A stretch of DNA of 64,000 nt from Flavobacteriales bacterium (GTDB taxonomy: Bacteria > Bacteroidota > Bacteroidia > Palsa-965): the NCBI GenBank assembly GCA_040377305.1, contig JBEIPA010000018.1, positions 42,618-106,617 of the forward strand, given 5' to 3'. The position numbers and the translations under genes were made by a program. Numbering within the stretch: position 1 is the first letter of the stretch; each line of letters starts with the position of its first letter. This document shows, one piece after another, positions 37,898-47,500 of the stretch. The notes under the pieces are model-generated. The model made no database searches, was not told the origin of the DNA, and saw only the letters and a program-made list of their open reading frames with translations.

Positions 37898-39310
37898 ATG
37901 TCTCAAGGCCACATGGAAAATACGTACCAAAAGCTCATTGAACAAACCTTCAATTTTCCTCAGGAAGGCTTCAGTGTAACAGATAACGAGCTGTATTTCA
38001 ATGATATTCCCCTAAAAGACATTATCAAGAAATACGGCACTCCGCTAAAGATTACCTATCTGCCCAAAATCGGCGAACAAATCCAAAAAGCTAAGCGACT
38101 TTTCAATGTTGCTATGGCTAAAGTGGATTACAAAGGTAGCTATACTTACTGTTATTGTACCAAAAGCTCCCACTTCTCCTTCATACTGGAGGAAGTACTG
38201 AAGAACGATTGCCACCTGGAGACCTCATCCGCGTACGATATTCACATTATTAAGGAGCTTGCAAAGAAGGGTTTGATGGACAAAAACAAGTTCATCGTGT
38301 GCAACGGATATAAGCGTAAACCCTACCAGTCGCTCGTTACGGAATTGGCGAATGACGGCTACAATATCCTACCTGTAATTGATCACAAGACTGAAATCGA
38401 CTATTATGCTAAGCATCTGAAAGCTCCAATGATGAAAATCGGTATCCGGATTGCATCAGAAGAAGAGCCGAATTTTCAGTTCTATACGTCCCGCCTTGGC
38501 ATCCGTCACAGCGAAATTGCCCAGTATTACAAAGATAAAATCGAGTCCAACCCTAAGTTCGAGTTGAAGATGTTGCATTTCTTCATTAACACCGGTATTA
38601 AGGACACTATTTACTATTGGACGGAGCTGGCTAAGTGTCTTAAAGTGTACCTGGAGCTCAAACGCATCTGTCCTACTTTGGATTCGCTGAACATTGGAGG
38701 AGGTATGCCAATCAAGACATCTCTCGGATTCGAGTACGATTACGAATACATGATCGAAGAAATCATTTCCCAGATCAAGAATTTCTGCGAAAACCACGAG
38801 ATTCAGGAGCCTAATATCTTCACCGAATTTGGTTCTTTCACCGTATCTGAAAGCGGTGCAGCGCTGTATTCTGTCGCAGATATGAAGCATCAAAACGACC
38901 GCGAGCTTTGGTATATGATTGACTCGTCATTCATTACCACGCTGCCCGACACGTGGGGCATCAATCAGCGCTTTATTCTATTGGCAATCAACCATTGGGA
39001 CAAGGAATATCAGCCGGTGAACCTGGGTGGAATGACCTGCGATTCGATGGACTACTACAATACGGAAGCACACGCCAATAACGTCTATTTACCAAAGGTT
39101 GCCACCAATGAAAAGGAGCCGTTATACATTGGATTCTTCCATACAGGTGCTTATCAGGAGTCGCTCGGTGGTTATGGCGGAATTCAGCATTGCCTGGTTC
39201 CGGCTCCAAAGCATGTTCTGATTGACCGGGATGACAATGGCGTACTATCTACTCGCCTGTTTGCCAAAGAGCAGAGCTACAAATCAATGCTGAAGACACT
39301 GGGCTATTGA
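37898..39310 (+). CDS. speA: Arginine decarboxylase, short Bacteroidota type (fold III PLP)
   Basis: YCTKSSH (PLP Lys), CNGYK, NIGGG, TEFG, LPDTW, TCDS.D, GAYQ. Confidence 0.85.
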   Translation: MSQGHMENTYQKLIEQTFNFPQEGFSVTDNELYFNDIPLKDIIKKYGTPLKITYLPKIGEQIQKAKRLFNVAMAKVDYKGSYTYCYCTKSSHFSFILEEVLKNDCHLETSSAYDIHIIKELAKKGLMDKNKFIVCNGYKRKPYQSLVTELANDGYNILPVIDHKTEIDYYAKHLKAPMMKIGIRIASEEEPNFQFYTSRLGIRHSEIAQYYKDKIESNPKFELKMLHFFINTGIKDTIYYWTELAKCLKVYLELKRICPTLDSLNIGGGMPIKTSLGFEYDYEYMIEEIISQIKNFCENHEIQEPNIFTEFGSFTVSESGAALYSVADMKHQNDRELWYMIDSSFITTLPDTWGINQRFILLAINHWDKEYQPVNLGGMTCDSMDYYNTEAHANNVYLPKVATNEKEPLYIGFFHTGAYQESLGGYGGIQHCLVPAPKHVLIDRDDNGVLSTRLFAKEQSYKSMLKTLGY

Positions 39311-39505
39311 AAATATGTTGATCTACTAATGAGGTAATGTGCTAATAGACAGTCGATCAAAAACTACTGGTTTATGGGGCGCGACTAACTGTTGTTCACC
39401 CCAATTTGATTAGCACATTAGCAAATTAACCCATTAGCAAATTGATTTTATCTTTATCTTGTCGCGATTAATCGCAAATAGACCACCCTTTATCGTAAGC
39501 CCCTC

Positions 39506-40192
39506 GTGAAGTTTTTGCAACCTTCCGTTTATTGTACCTTTCTGTTTTGCGTCTCTGCCTTTCTCTTTAATGGCTGCTCTGAAGACCTTTTCAATCAAAA
39601 ATTGAAAGAAGGAATCATTGAATACAAGGCAGAACCTGTTAATGCAAAAGAGTCGATGGCAATGTGGGCTCCGGACAACATGGAAGTTAAGTTCAAAGAC
39701 AATAAATGGTCTGCGAATCTCGAAGCCGGAATGGGTGCGATGAGAATGGATTTCATTTCTGATCCGGATAAACAAGAGTTCATCAGCCTGGTTAGCTTCC
39801 TCGGGAAATTCTACAGCATAATGAAAGATGCCGAGATGGATTCCACCAACAAATATCTTCCGGAATACGAGGTTACTTACCCTGGCGATAAGAAATTAAT
39901 CGCCGGTTATGATTGCGAAAAAGCGGTTTTGACTTTCAAAGACGGTTCTCCGGCTATGGAAGTGTGGTTCACAAAGGAGATTCAGGTCGAGAACCCGAAC
40001 TGGGCAAACTGTTACTACAAAGTCGACGGAGTTCTAATGGATTACAACCTCCGCAAATTCGGTCTCGAGCTGCATTTCACCGCTACCAGTGTTTCCGAAG
40101 CAACAATTGATGCTTCTGTGTTCGAAATCCCAAGCGAATACAAGCAAAAGCCCAATTCTGAGCTGGAGCAAATGATGTCAGGCTTCTTTTAG
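39506..40192 (+). CDS. Hypothetical lipoprotein, GLPGLI/DUF4412-like
   Basis: FNGC lipobox; KKLIAGYDCEKA, VWFT, FEIPSEY. Confidence 0.6.
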   Translation: MKFLQPSVYCTFLFCVSAFLFNGCSEDLFNQKLKEGIIEYKAEPVNAKESMAMWAPDNMEVKFKDNKWSANLEAGMGAMRMDFISDPDKQEFISLVSFLGKFYSIMKDAEMDSTNKYLPEYEVTYPGDKKLIAGYDCEKAVLTFKDGSPAMEVWFTKEIQVENPNWANCYYKVDGVLMDYNLRKFGLELHFTATSVSEATIDASVFEIPSEYKQKPNSELEQMMSGFF

Positions 40193-40331
40193 CCAGTTCT
40201 CGGTACAGCTAAAATCTTCCCTAATAAATCTTCTGGCGCTTACTCGAACTGACAATACCGGTATCGAGATTGTCAGTCCGAGTAGCCATCACCATTTAGT
40301 TTGCCACAATTTGAGGCGTACCGAGGGATGG
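40193..40331. repeat. ~140-bp rod-like palindromic element, family B copy 1
   Basis: CCAGTTCTCGGTAC / GTACCGAGGGATGG termini; inner TACTCGAACTGACAAT / ATTGTCAGTCCGAGTA. Confidence 0.75.
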
Positions 40332-40424
40332 CAATCAACATCGGGACGTTAGTAAGAATAGCCTTCTTTCCCAGCGAACAATAAACCCCCTTCTACCTTT
40401 GTTAGATTAGCATAGCTACATCCA

Positions 40425-43049
40425 ATGGCAGAGAAGGAACCGGAAAAGAAAGGCAATCGCCTGCGTAACGAAATCAAGGAAACCGGGAAGGAACCGGTTA
40501 TCGAGAAGCCACGTTCACGCAAGAAGGTGGTTGAAGAGGTGGAGGAAGAAGAGGAGCCGGAACTTGCACCAAAAGCAAACAAACCTCGCAATACCACTCA
40601 GAACACCGAGAAGGAAACTCCAAAGAAAGAATCCCGCAAAAAGAAAGAGAATTTCTTCGAGCGTATTCGCAACGACGAGAAACTTCACAAGATCACGGGA
40701 ACATTTCTTGTGTTCATTGTCACGCCCTACCTCGCGGTAGCATTCATTTCCTATTTCTTTACCTGGCAGGTCGATCAGGATAAAGTAATGGGTTCAACAG
40801 GCGATTTGCTTTTAGGCGATGTTGCTGTATCCAACATGCTCGGAAAATTCGGAGCACTGGTCTCTCACATTTTCATTCACAACTGGTTTGGAGTAACGTC
40901 GTTCTGGTTTCCACTCCTTGCGGTTACTGCCGGTTTGAGACTGATGACCGGAAACGAAGTCCTTCCAATCAGAAAAATCTTTCGTTTCGGATTATTCTTC
41001 ACCGTATTCGGATCTGTTCTTCTCGGTTATGCGTTTCGCAACCATTGGTTTTTCCCCGGTGGCGTTTTCGGATTTGAAATCAGTTCGTGGCTGAACGGAA
41101 TTGTTGGTGCAATCGGCACAGGATTGCTGCTTTTCACAATCGCCGTTGGATTCCTCGTGGTTGTGTTCAATATCAATTTCGACTTCTTCTCTAAGAAACC
41201 AGTGGAAGAAATTGCAGAAGTGGAACCTGAAGTTGAAGTGACGCGAAATAAACACAACGCACTGCTCGACATCGAAGAAGATGCGGAAGACGAAGATGAA
41301 GTTGAAGATGAAAGTATCTCAGAACCCATTCAGCTCAATCCGCAAATCACGGCCGAAATCGAAGAGGAGCCAGAACCTGTAGTTGAAGAAATTATCCCTG
41401 TTCCGGTTGCAACCGCTGTACTTACCAGTGATGATGGTGTGGAATTCTCTGTAGAGAAAACCGAAGAGAAACTGATGAGTGATGATGATGTCGATCGCAA
41501 ATCGAAAGAGCTTGTTGCTGAATTCGGTGAGTACGATCCAACGCTTGATCTTTCCGGCTACCAGTTCCCATCCATTGATTTACTCGAAGCATATTCAACC
41601 GGAAGTGAGCCAGGCGTAAACGCAGAAGAATTAAATCTCAACAAAAACAGAATTGTTGAGACGCTCGGTAACTACGGAATTTCAATTGACAAGATCAAAG
41701 CAACGATCGGACCAACAGTTACGCTATACGAAATCATTCCGGCCGCTGGAGTTCGTATATCGAAAATCAAAAACCTGGAAGACGATATTGCTTTGAGTTT
41801 GTCAGCACTGGGAATTCGTATCATCGCTCCTATTCCAGGAAAAGGAACGATTGGTATTGAAGTTCCGAATCAGAATCCGGAAATGGTTCCGATGCGCGCA
41901 CTCATTGCTTCGGAGAAATTCCAGAAGTCGCCAATGGATTTGCCGGTTGCATTAGGAAAAACTATCAGCAACGAAATCTTCATCGCCGATCTTGCCAAGA
42001 TGCCTCACTTGCTCATGGCTGGAGCTACTGGTCAGGGTAAATCAGTTGGACTAAACGCAATTCTCGTTTCGCTTCTTTACAAGAAACATCCTTCGCAAAT
42101 CAAATTCGTTCTAGTCGATCCGAAGAAAGTTGAATTGACTTTGTTCAACAAGATCGAGCGACACTTCCTTGCAAAACTTCCTGATTCTGCAGAAGCCATC
42201 ATCACCGATACAAAGAAAGTCGTTCACACGCTGAGCTCCCTTTGTACAGAGATGGATACCCGTTATGATCTTCTCAAGGATGCACAGGTCCGCAACCTGA
42301 AAGAGTACAACGCGAAATTCATCAGCAGAAAACTGAATCCGGAAAACGGACATCGCTTCTTACCGTATATCGTTCTTGTTGTCGACGAGTTCGCAGATCT
42401 GATCATGACTGCAGGCAAAGAAGTTGAAGCGCCAATCGCGCGACTTGCTCAGCTTGCACGTGCAATTGGAATTCACCTCATCATTGCAACGCAGCGCCCT
42501 TCTGTAAATATTATCACCGGTACAATCAAGGCAAACTTCCCTTCGCGTATTGCTTTCCGTGTGACTTCGAAAATTGATTCGCGCACCATTCTCGACTCTG
42601 GTGGTGCAGAACAATTGATCGGTCGCGGTGATATGCTTTACTCGACAGGCAATGATCTGATTCGTTTGCAGTGTGCATTTGTTGATACTCCGGAAGTAGA
42701 AAAGATTACCGACTTCATCGGATCTCAGCGTGCGTACCCAAGTGCATATTTGCTGCCTGAGTTTATTGATGAAACAGCTTCGTCCAGCTCGGAGATTGAT
42801 GAAGGCGATCGTGATTCATTGTTCGAAGATGCGGCAAGAATTATTGTTCAGCATCAGCAAGGTTCGGCTTCGTTGTTGCAACGTAAATTGAAATTGGGTT
42901 ACAATCGTGCGGGTCGGATTGTCGATCAACTGGAGGCTGCCGGCATCATTGGACCGTTTGAAGGAAGCAAAGCACGCGAGGTCCTGATCAAGGATGCCTT
43001 GTCGTTAGAAGAAAAATTAGGGTCTGGTAAGAAGAATGATTTCACCTAA
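40425..43049 (+). CDS. ftsK: DNA translocase FtsK
   Basis: 4TM domain, MPHLLMAGATGQGKS, VVDEFADL, ATQRPS, gamma domain LQRKLKLGYNRAGR. Confidence 0.97.
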   Translation: MAEKEPEKKGNRLRNEIKETGKEPVIEKPRSRKKVVEEVEEEEEPELAPKANKPRNTTQNTEKETPKKESRKKKENFFERIRNDEKLHKITGTFLVFIVTPYLAVAFISYFFTWQVDQDKVMGSTGDLLLGDVAVSNMLGKFGALVSHIFIHNWFGVTSFWFPLLAVTAGLRLMTGNEVLPIRKIFRFGLFFTVFGSVLLGYAFRNHWFFPGGVFGFEISSWLNGIVGAIGTGLLLFTIAVGFLVVVFNINFDFFSKKPVEEIAEVEPEVEVTRNKHNALLDIEEDAEDEDEVEDESISEPIQLNPQITAEIEEEPEPVVEEIIPVPVATAVLTSDDGVEFSVEKTEEKLMSDDDVDRKSKELVAEFGEYDPTLDLSGYQFPSIDLLEAYSTGSEPGVNAEELNLNKNRIVETLGNYGISIDKIKATIGPTVTLYEIIPAAGVRISKIKNLEDDIALSLSALGIRIIAPIPGKGTIGIEVPNQNPEMVPMRALIASEKFQKSPMDLPVALGKTISNEIFIADLAKMPHLLMAGATGQGKSVGLNAILVSLLYKKHPSQIKFVLVDPKKVELTLFNKIERHFLAKLPDSAEAIITDTKKVVHTLSSLCTEMDTRYDLLKDAQVRNLKEYNAKFISRKLNPENGHRFLPYIVLVVDEFADLIMTAGKEVEAPIARLAQLARAIGIHLIIATQRPSVNIITGTIKANFPSRIAFRVTSKIDSRTILDSGGAEQLIGRGDMLYSTGNDLIRLQCAFVDTPEVEKITDFIGSQRAYPSAYLLPEFIDETASSSSEIDEGDRDSLFEDAARIIVQHQQGSASLLQRKLKLGYNRAGRIVDQLEAAGIIGPFEGSKAREVLIKDALSLEEKLGSGKKNDFT

Positions 43050-43167
43050 GGAATTGGCTGAATTTCAGCGATTTCACCGCAAAAATTGTTAACAAGCTGC
43101 GTTCCCGCCAGCTCTGTTCTTAACTTTGGAACGCTTTTTGAATTCTCCTAGAAAACCAAATACCATA

Positions 43168-43890
43168 ATGAAAGCTCATTCAATAATTTCCGGTCTCGCA
43201 CTAGCAGCAATGATTGCCCTCCCTGCATCTGCTTTTGCTCAGACTAAGACTGGTCCTGATTACGATCCGAAAGCAAAGACAATTCTTGATGGCGTTAGCG
43301 CTACTGCGAAAGCTTATTCATCAATCACGGCCAACTTCACCATTACCACTGAGAAACCAGGTGGCGTGAAAGAGAGTAAAACAGGAACTGTTATACTCAA
43401 AGGGAAGATGTATAAGATTATTCTGAACAGCAAAAATTCAGCGGGTAAAGATTACAAAGAAGAATATTACAACGACGGCACTACGATGTGGACCTACAAC
43501 GGTAATGACAACGAATGTCAGATCGATGCCGCACCGGATCCCGCGAAAAAGAAAAATGAAAACACCATTTCACCAACTGAAATATTCACGTTCCACGAAA
43601 AAGGATTCAAGTACACTTTCGTTGACGAGAAAACTGAAGGTGGAGTTGTTGTCCAAAACGTAAAGTTAATTCCTGAAAATCCTGACAAGAAAAACTATCA
43701 CACGATCAAACTGAAGATCGACAAAGTGAAGAAGCAGATCATTAGCATTACTCAGTTGAATAAAGATGGTTCAACTACCACTTATACTGTGAATACATTC
43801 ACTCCGAATACGGTTTATACCGATGCAACTTTCAAGTTCGATAAAACGAAATATCCTGGTTGCACGTGCGTTGATCTTCGCGACGAATAA
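43168..43890 (+). CDS. lolA: Outer-membrane lipoprotein carrier LolA-like
   Basis: Signal peptide from ATG 43168; DPKAK.IL, NDG.TMWTY, FKFDKTKYPG; follows ftsK. Confidence 0.8.
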   Translation: MKAHSIISGLALAAMIALPASAFAQTKTGPDYDPKAKTILDGVSATAKAYSSITANFTITTEKPGGVKESKTGTVILKGKMYKIILNSKNSAGKDYKEEYYNDGTTMWTYNGNDNECQIDAAPDPAKKKNENTISPTEIFTFHEKGFKYTFVDEKTEGGVVVQNVKLIPENPDKKNYHTIKLKIDKVKKQIISITQLNKDGSTTTYTVNTFTPNTVYTDATFKFDKTKYPGCTCVDLRDE

Positions 43891-43914
43891 CCAAAGCATT
43901 TACTAAGGGAATTG

Positions 43915-43950
43915 CAAAAACTCCGGCTCCAAAGGCCGGAGTTTTTGTTT
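43915..43950 (+). terminator. Terminator
   Basis: CAAAAACTCCGGC-TCCAAAG-GCCGGAGTTTTTG. Confidence 0.85.
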
Positions 43951-44072
43951 GTATCATATTGATTATCAGTTTTGTCCGGCTTTTGTCCGGTTCGACGAAT
44001 GCCTTGATTGCTTAGATCAATGACTATCAATGTTATACAAAGTTTGATGTTATTAAAAAGTCATGTAAACGC

Positions 44073-44525
44073 TTGATAGTGTTGCGTTTTCAAGCGATAT
44101 TGCTTATGCAAACCATAAACAATATGTTTTTAAGACCAACCTACATGCGATTCGCATGTGCTTTTGCTGTTTTATGTGCACTTACGATTGCGTTCACATT
44201 CAAGGGAGAAGCGAAAGTCAATTCGAAATCTTCGGTCGCATTTGCGCAGAAGGAACTCATTCTGCAGATCCAGGGATTGACCGTGAAGAATTACACGGAT
44301 GTACGCACAGCAATTGAAACTAATCCCGGTGTAACGTTTAAGGATTATTGCTTCAGTAACAACACCATCATGTATGTGATTGATTCTGATCTGCATTCTG
44401 ATTATCAATTCGTCGATAACGCACTTGCTCCGTTCAATCTCACTTACCTCGTGAAAGATGGAACGATAACACAGGTCCAGTCGAGCTGTGAAGATGTTCC
44501 TCAAGACGATAATTCAACAGAATAA
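44073..44525 (+). CDS. Hypothetical exported protein (start uncertain, probably 44124-44145)
   Basis: Signal-like hydrophobic segment; 18 nt upstream of the large T9SS cargo gene. Confidence 0.6.
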   Translation: MIVLRFQAILLMQTINNMFLRPTYMRFACAFAVLCALTIAFTFKGEAKVNSKSSVAFAQKELILQIQGLTVKNYTDVRTAIETNPGVTFKDYCFSNNTIMYVIDSDLHSDYQFVDNALAPFNLTYLVKDGTITQVQSSCEDVPQDDNSTE

Positions 44526-44543
44526 TTTTCCGAAAGCACAAGT

Positions 44544-47500
44544 ATGAAAAAACTTTACGCATTATTATTCTTCGCTGGAATTTCTTCTACCCTCTTTGCA
44601 CAAACTACGTTGATCAGTTCTACTGTCAACAACGGTGGATTTGAATCGGGTGCTGCTGGTTGGAACATTGTGAATGGAGCGCCGAACAATAAGTGGTTCA
44701 TTGGCGCGGGCTTTCCCTGTGCGGGAACACAGAGTGCTTATATTGGGACAGCAGCTGGAAATAATAATTTCCAAGCTAATCAGGCTTCCGTCGTTCACTT
44801 ATATCGTGATTTCACTTTTCCTGCGGGAGAAACGGACATTACTTTAACGTTTGATTTCAGAGGCATGGGAGAAGCGGGCGGTGGTGATCGCGTACGTGTG
44901 TATCTCGTTTCCACCGCAACTACACCTGTAGCAGGAACACAATTGGCAGTAGGACAAATTGGAGGTAGCTATTTTCAGACTGCTGCGTGCACAAATCAAT
45001 CAATTACTATTAGTGGTACAGCAGCAGGTACAACACAACGCTTAGTATTTAGCTGGAGAAATGATGGTAATACAGGAACTAATCCTGCAGGTTGCATTGA
45101 CGATGTAACCATCATTACAGCTGTTCCTCCTGCTCCAAATTGCGCTGCATCGTATGCAACACCCATCAATGGTTCCGTGAATGTTTGTGAAACCACGGCG
45201 AACTTATCCTGGACTGCTCCGTCCTCAGGTGGTGCTCCGTCCGGTTACAAACTCTATTTCGGAACAAACAATTTCCCAACCAATATTCATAATGGAACTA
45301 ATCTGGGCTTAGTTACTTCATACAATCCGGGAGCCCTTGCATCGAACACAACGTATTTCTGGTGTATAGTTCCAACAAACGGCAGTGGTGACGCTGCAGG
45401 TTGTACGGTCTATTCATTTACTACCGGATCGTCAGGATGTTATCAGCATCCAACCGGAACACAAACGTTTAATGTTACGTCGTGCGGTGGAACTTACACT
45501 GATCCGGGAGGAGCCGGAAATTATACATCGAACTGTAATAGTGTAATGACTTTCTGTCCAAGTACACCGGGTCAGTACGTTCAGGCAACTTTCCTTGCAC
45601 CTTTCGCTGTGGAGTCATGCTGCGATCTGCTAACTGTGTATAATGGTCCGACAACTGCTTCACCGGTTCTTGGAACGTATACTGGAAATACCATTCCTTG
45701 TTCAATTACTTCTTCAGATGCTTCGGGCTGTCTCACCTTCCATTTTGCTTCGGATGGAAGTACACAGTTAGCCGGATGGAATGCGCTGATCAGTTGTGTA
45801 GCTTCACCCGTGCCCGTTCTTGCAGGCAGTATCTGCGCGAATGCACCCGCTATTACAATGCCATTCTCCGCTTCGAATCAAACCACTGCTTGTTATGGCA
45901 ACGATTATAACAACGCAAGTTCGGGATCGTGCGGAACACTTTATGAATCGGGTGAAGACCGTGTTTATGAAGTAACCGTTGCGGCTTCCAGTTGCATTGG
46001 AATTTATTTGTCAAACTGCAGTTCATCGAACATCGGCTTCCAGGTTTATTCCGGTTGCCCGGGAAATCCAGGAACAGTTTGTATCGGAAGTGCTGGCGGA
46101 TCATCTCCGCTTGCTGGTAGCATAACATTGCCTGCCGCCGGAACCTATTACATCGTCGTTGATAGTTGGTCGGCACCTTCTTCTGTGAATTATAGTATTG
46201 CGGTAACTGATTATGGAACCGGACCAAGTAACGATTTACCATGCAGCGCAACGGCACTCGCGCTCAATGTTAACCTGAGCGGCGATAACGCGTGTTCAGG
46301 GTCTGCCAGTGAACCTGGAGCTGCGAGTTGTTTTACAGCCGGCAACTTAAATACAGTATGGTACTCCGTTGTGTGTCCTGCTTCCGGACAGCTTCGGATC
46401 CGTACAACTTTAGGTACACTGCTTAACACGCAGATTGCACTCTATTCCGGCACATGCGGATCGCTCACTGAGGTTGCGTGTAACGACAATGCACCTGCGT
46501 GCGGAACATCGACTTACAACAACTCAGAAATTACTGTAACCGGATTAACCGCTGGTGCTACCTATTTCATCTGTGTAGACGGAACCAACAACCTTACCGG
46601 AACTTTCGACATTCAGGCAGTTGACGGAACAGTTGGATTTCCTGCTATTGCAGGACAAGATTGTTCTTCACCAAATCCAGTTTGTGCTGCGAATGTTAAT
46701 GTCGGAAATCCAGGTTATCAGGCTTACGGAAACATTTGTGATTTCCCGGGCGGCGGTGGAAATTGTCTGGCCTCAGGAGAGCGTGGATCTGTTTGGTACA
46801 CAATTCCGATTAACGCGGCAGGTACTTTAGAATTCGACATCGTACCTAACGATTGGATCGGGGCACCAAGCACTGCAGGAACTGATTACGATTTCGCTGT
46901 GTGGAAGACAGCCGGAGCAGGTGCTGTAACGTGTGCAAACATTCAGGCGGGAGCTGTTCCGTTAGCATGTAATTACAGTGGACTTGGCGTTACGGGTTGT
47001 GCGCCGGGTGGAAATGCACCTGCAGCATATCCTGGTTTTAATGGAGCTTACGAAGCTCCACTTGCAGTTGTAGCAGGTGAAGTTTACCAGTTGGTTATCT
47101 CAAACTTCTCCAACTCAACTTCCGGATTCACAGTCAACTTTAACATTGCTGCACCAATTAACTACACGGCTGCAGGATCAACGGTATCATGGACTGGTGG
47201 TACAAATACCGCATGGACTGTAGCTGCAAACTGGGGTGGTTGTACTCCACCGATTTGCGGAATCAGCGCAGTGGTCGGACCATCTTCCAGTAACCAGCCT
47301 ATACTCGTTGCAGGAAATTATTACGTGAATGATCTCACCATTAATCCGGGCGGAATCCTAACGCTGCAGGCAGGTGCTATACTGCACATCTGCGGAAATT
47401 TCACCAACTCGGGATCTATCATTGCAAGCCCAACGTCTACTATCATATTCGACAATGCCGCGGCAACACATACCATGACAGGAGCATTTGTTGGTAGCGA

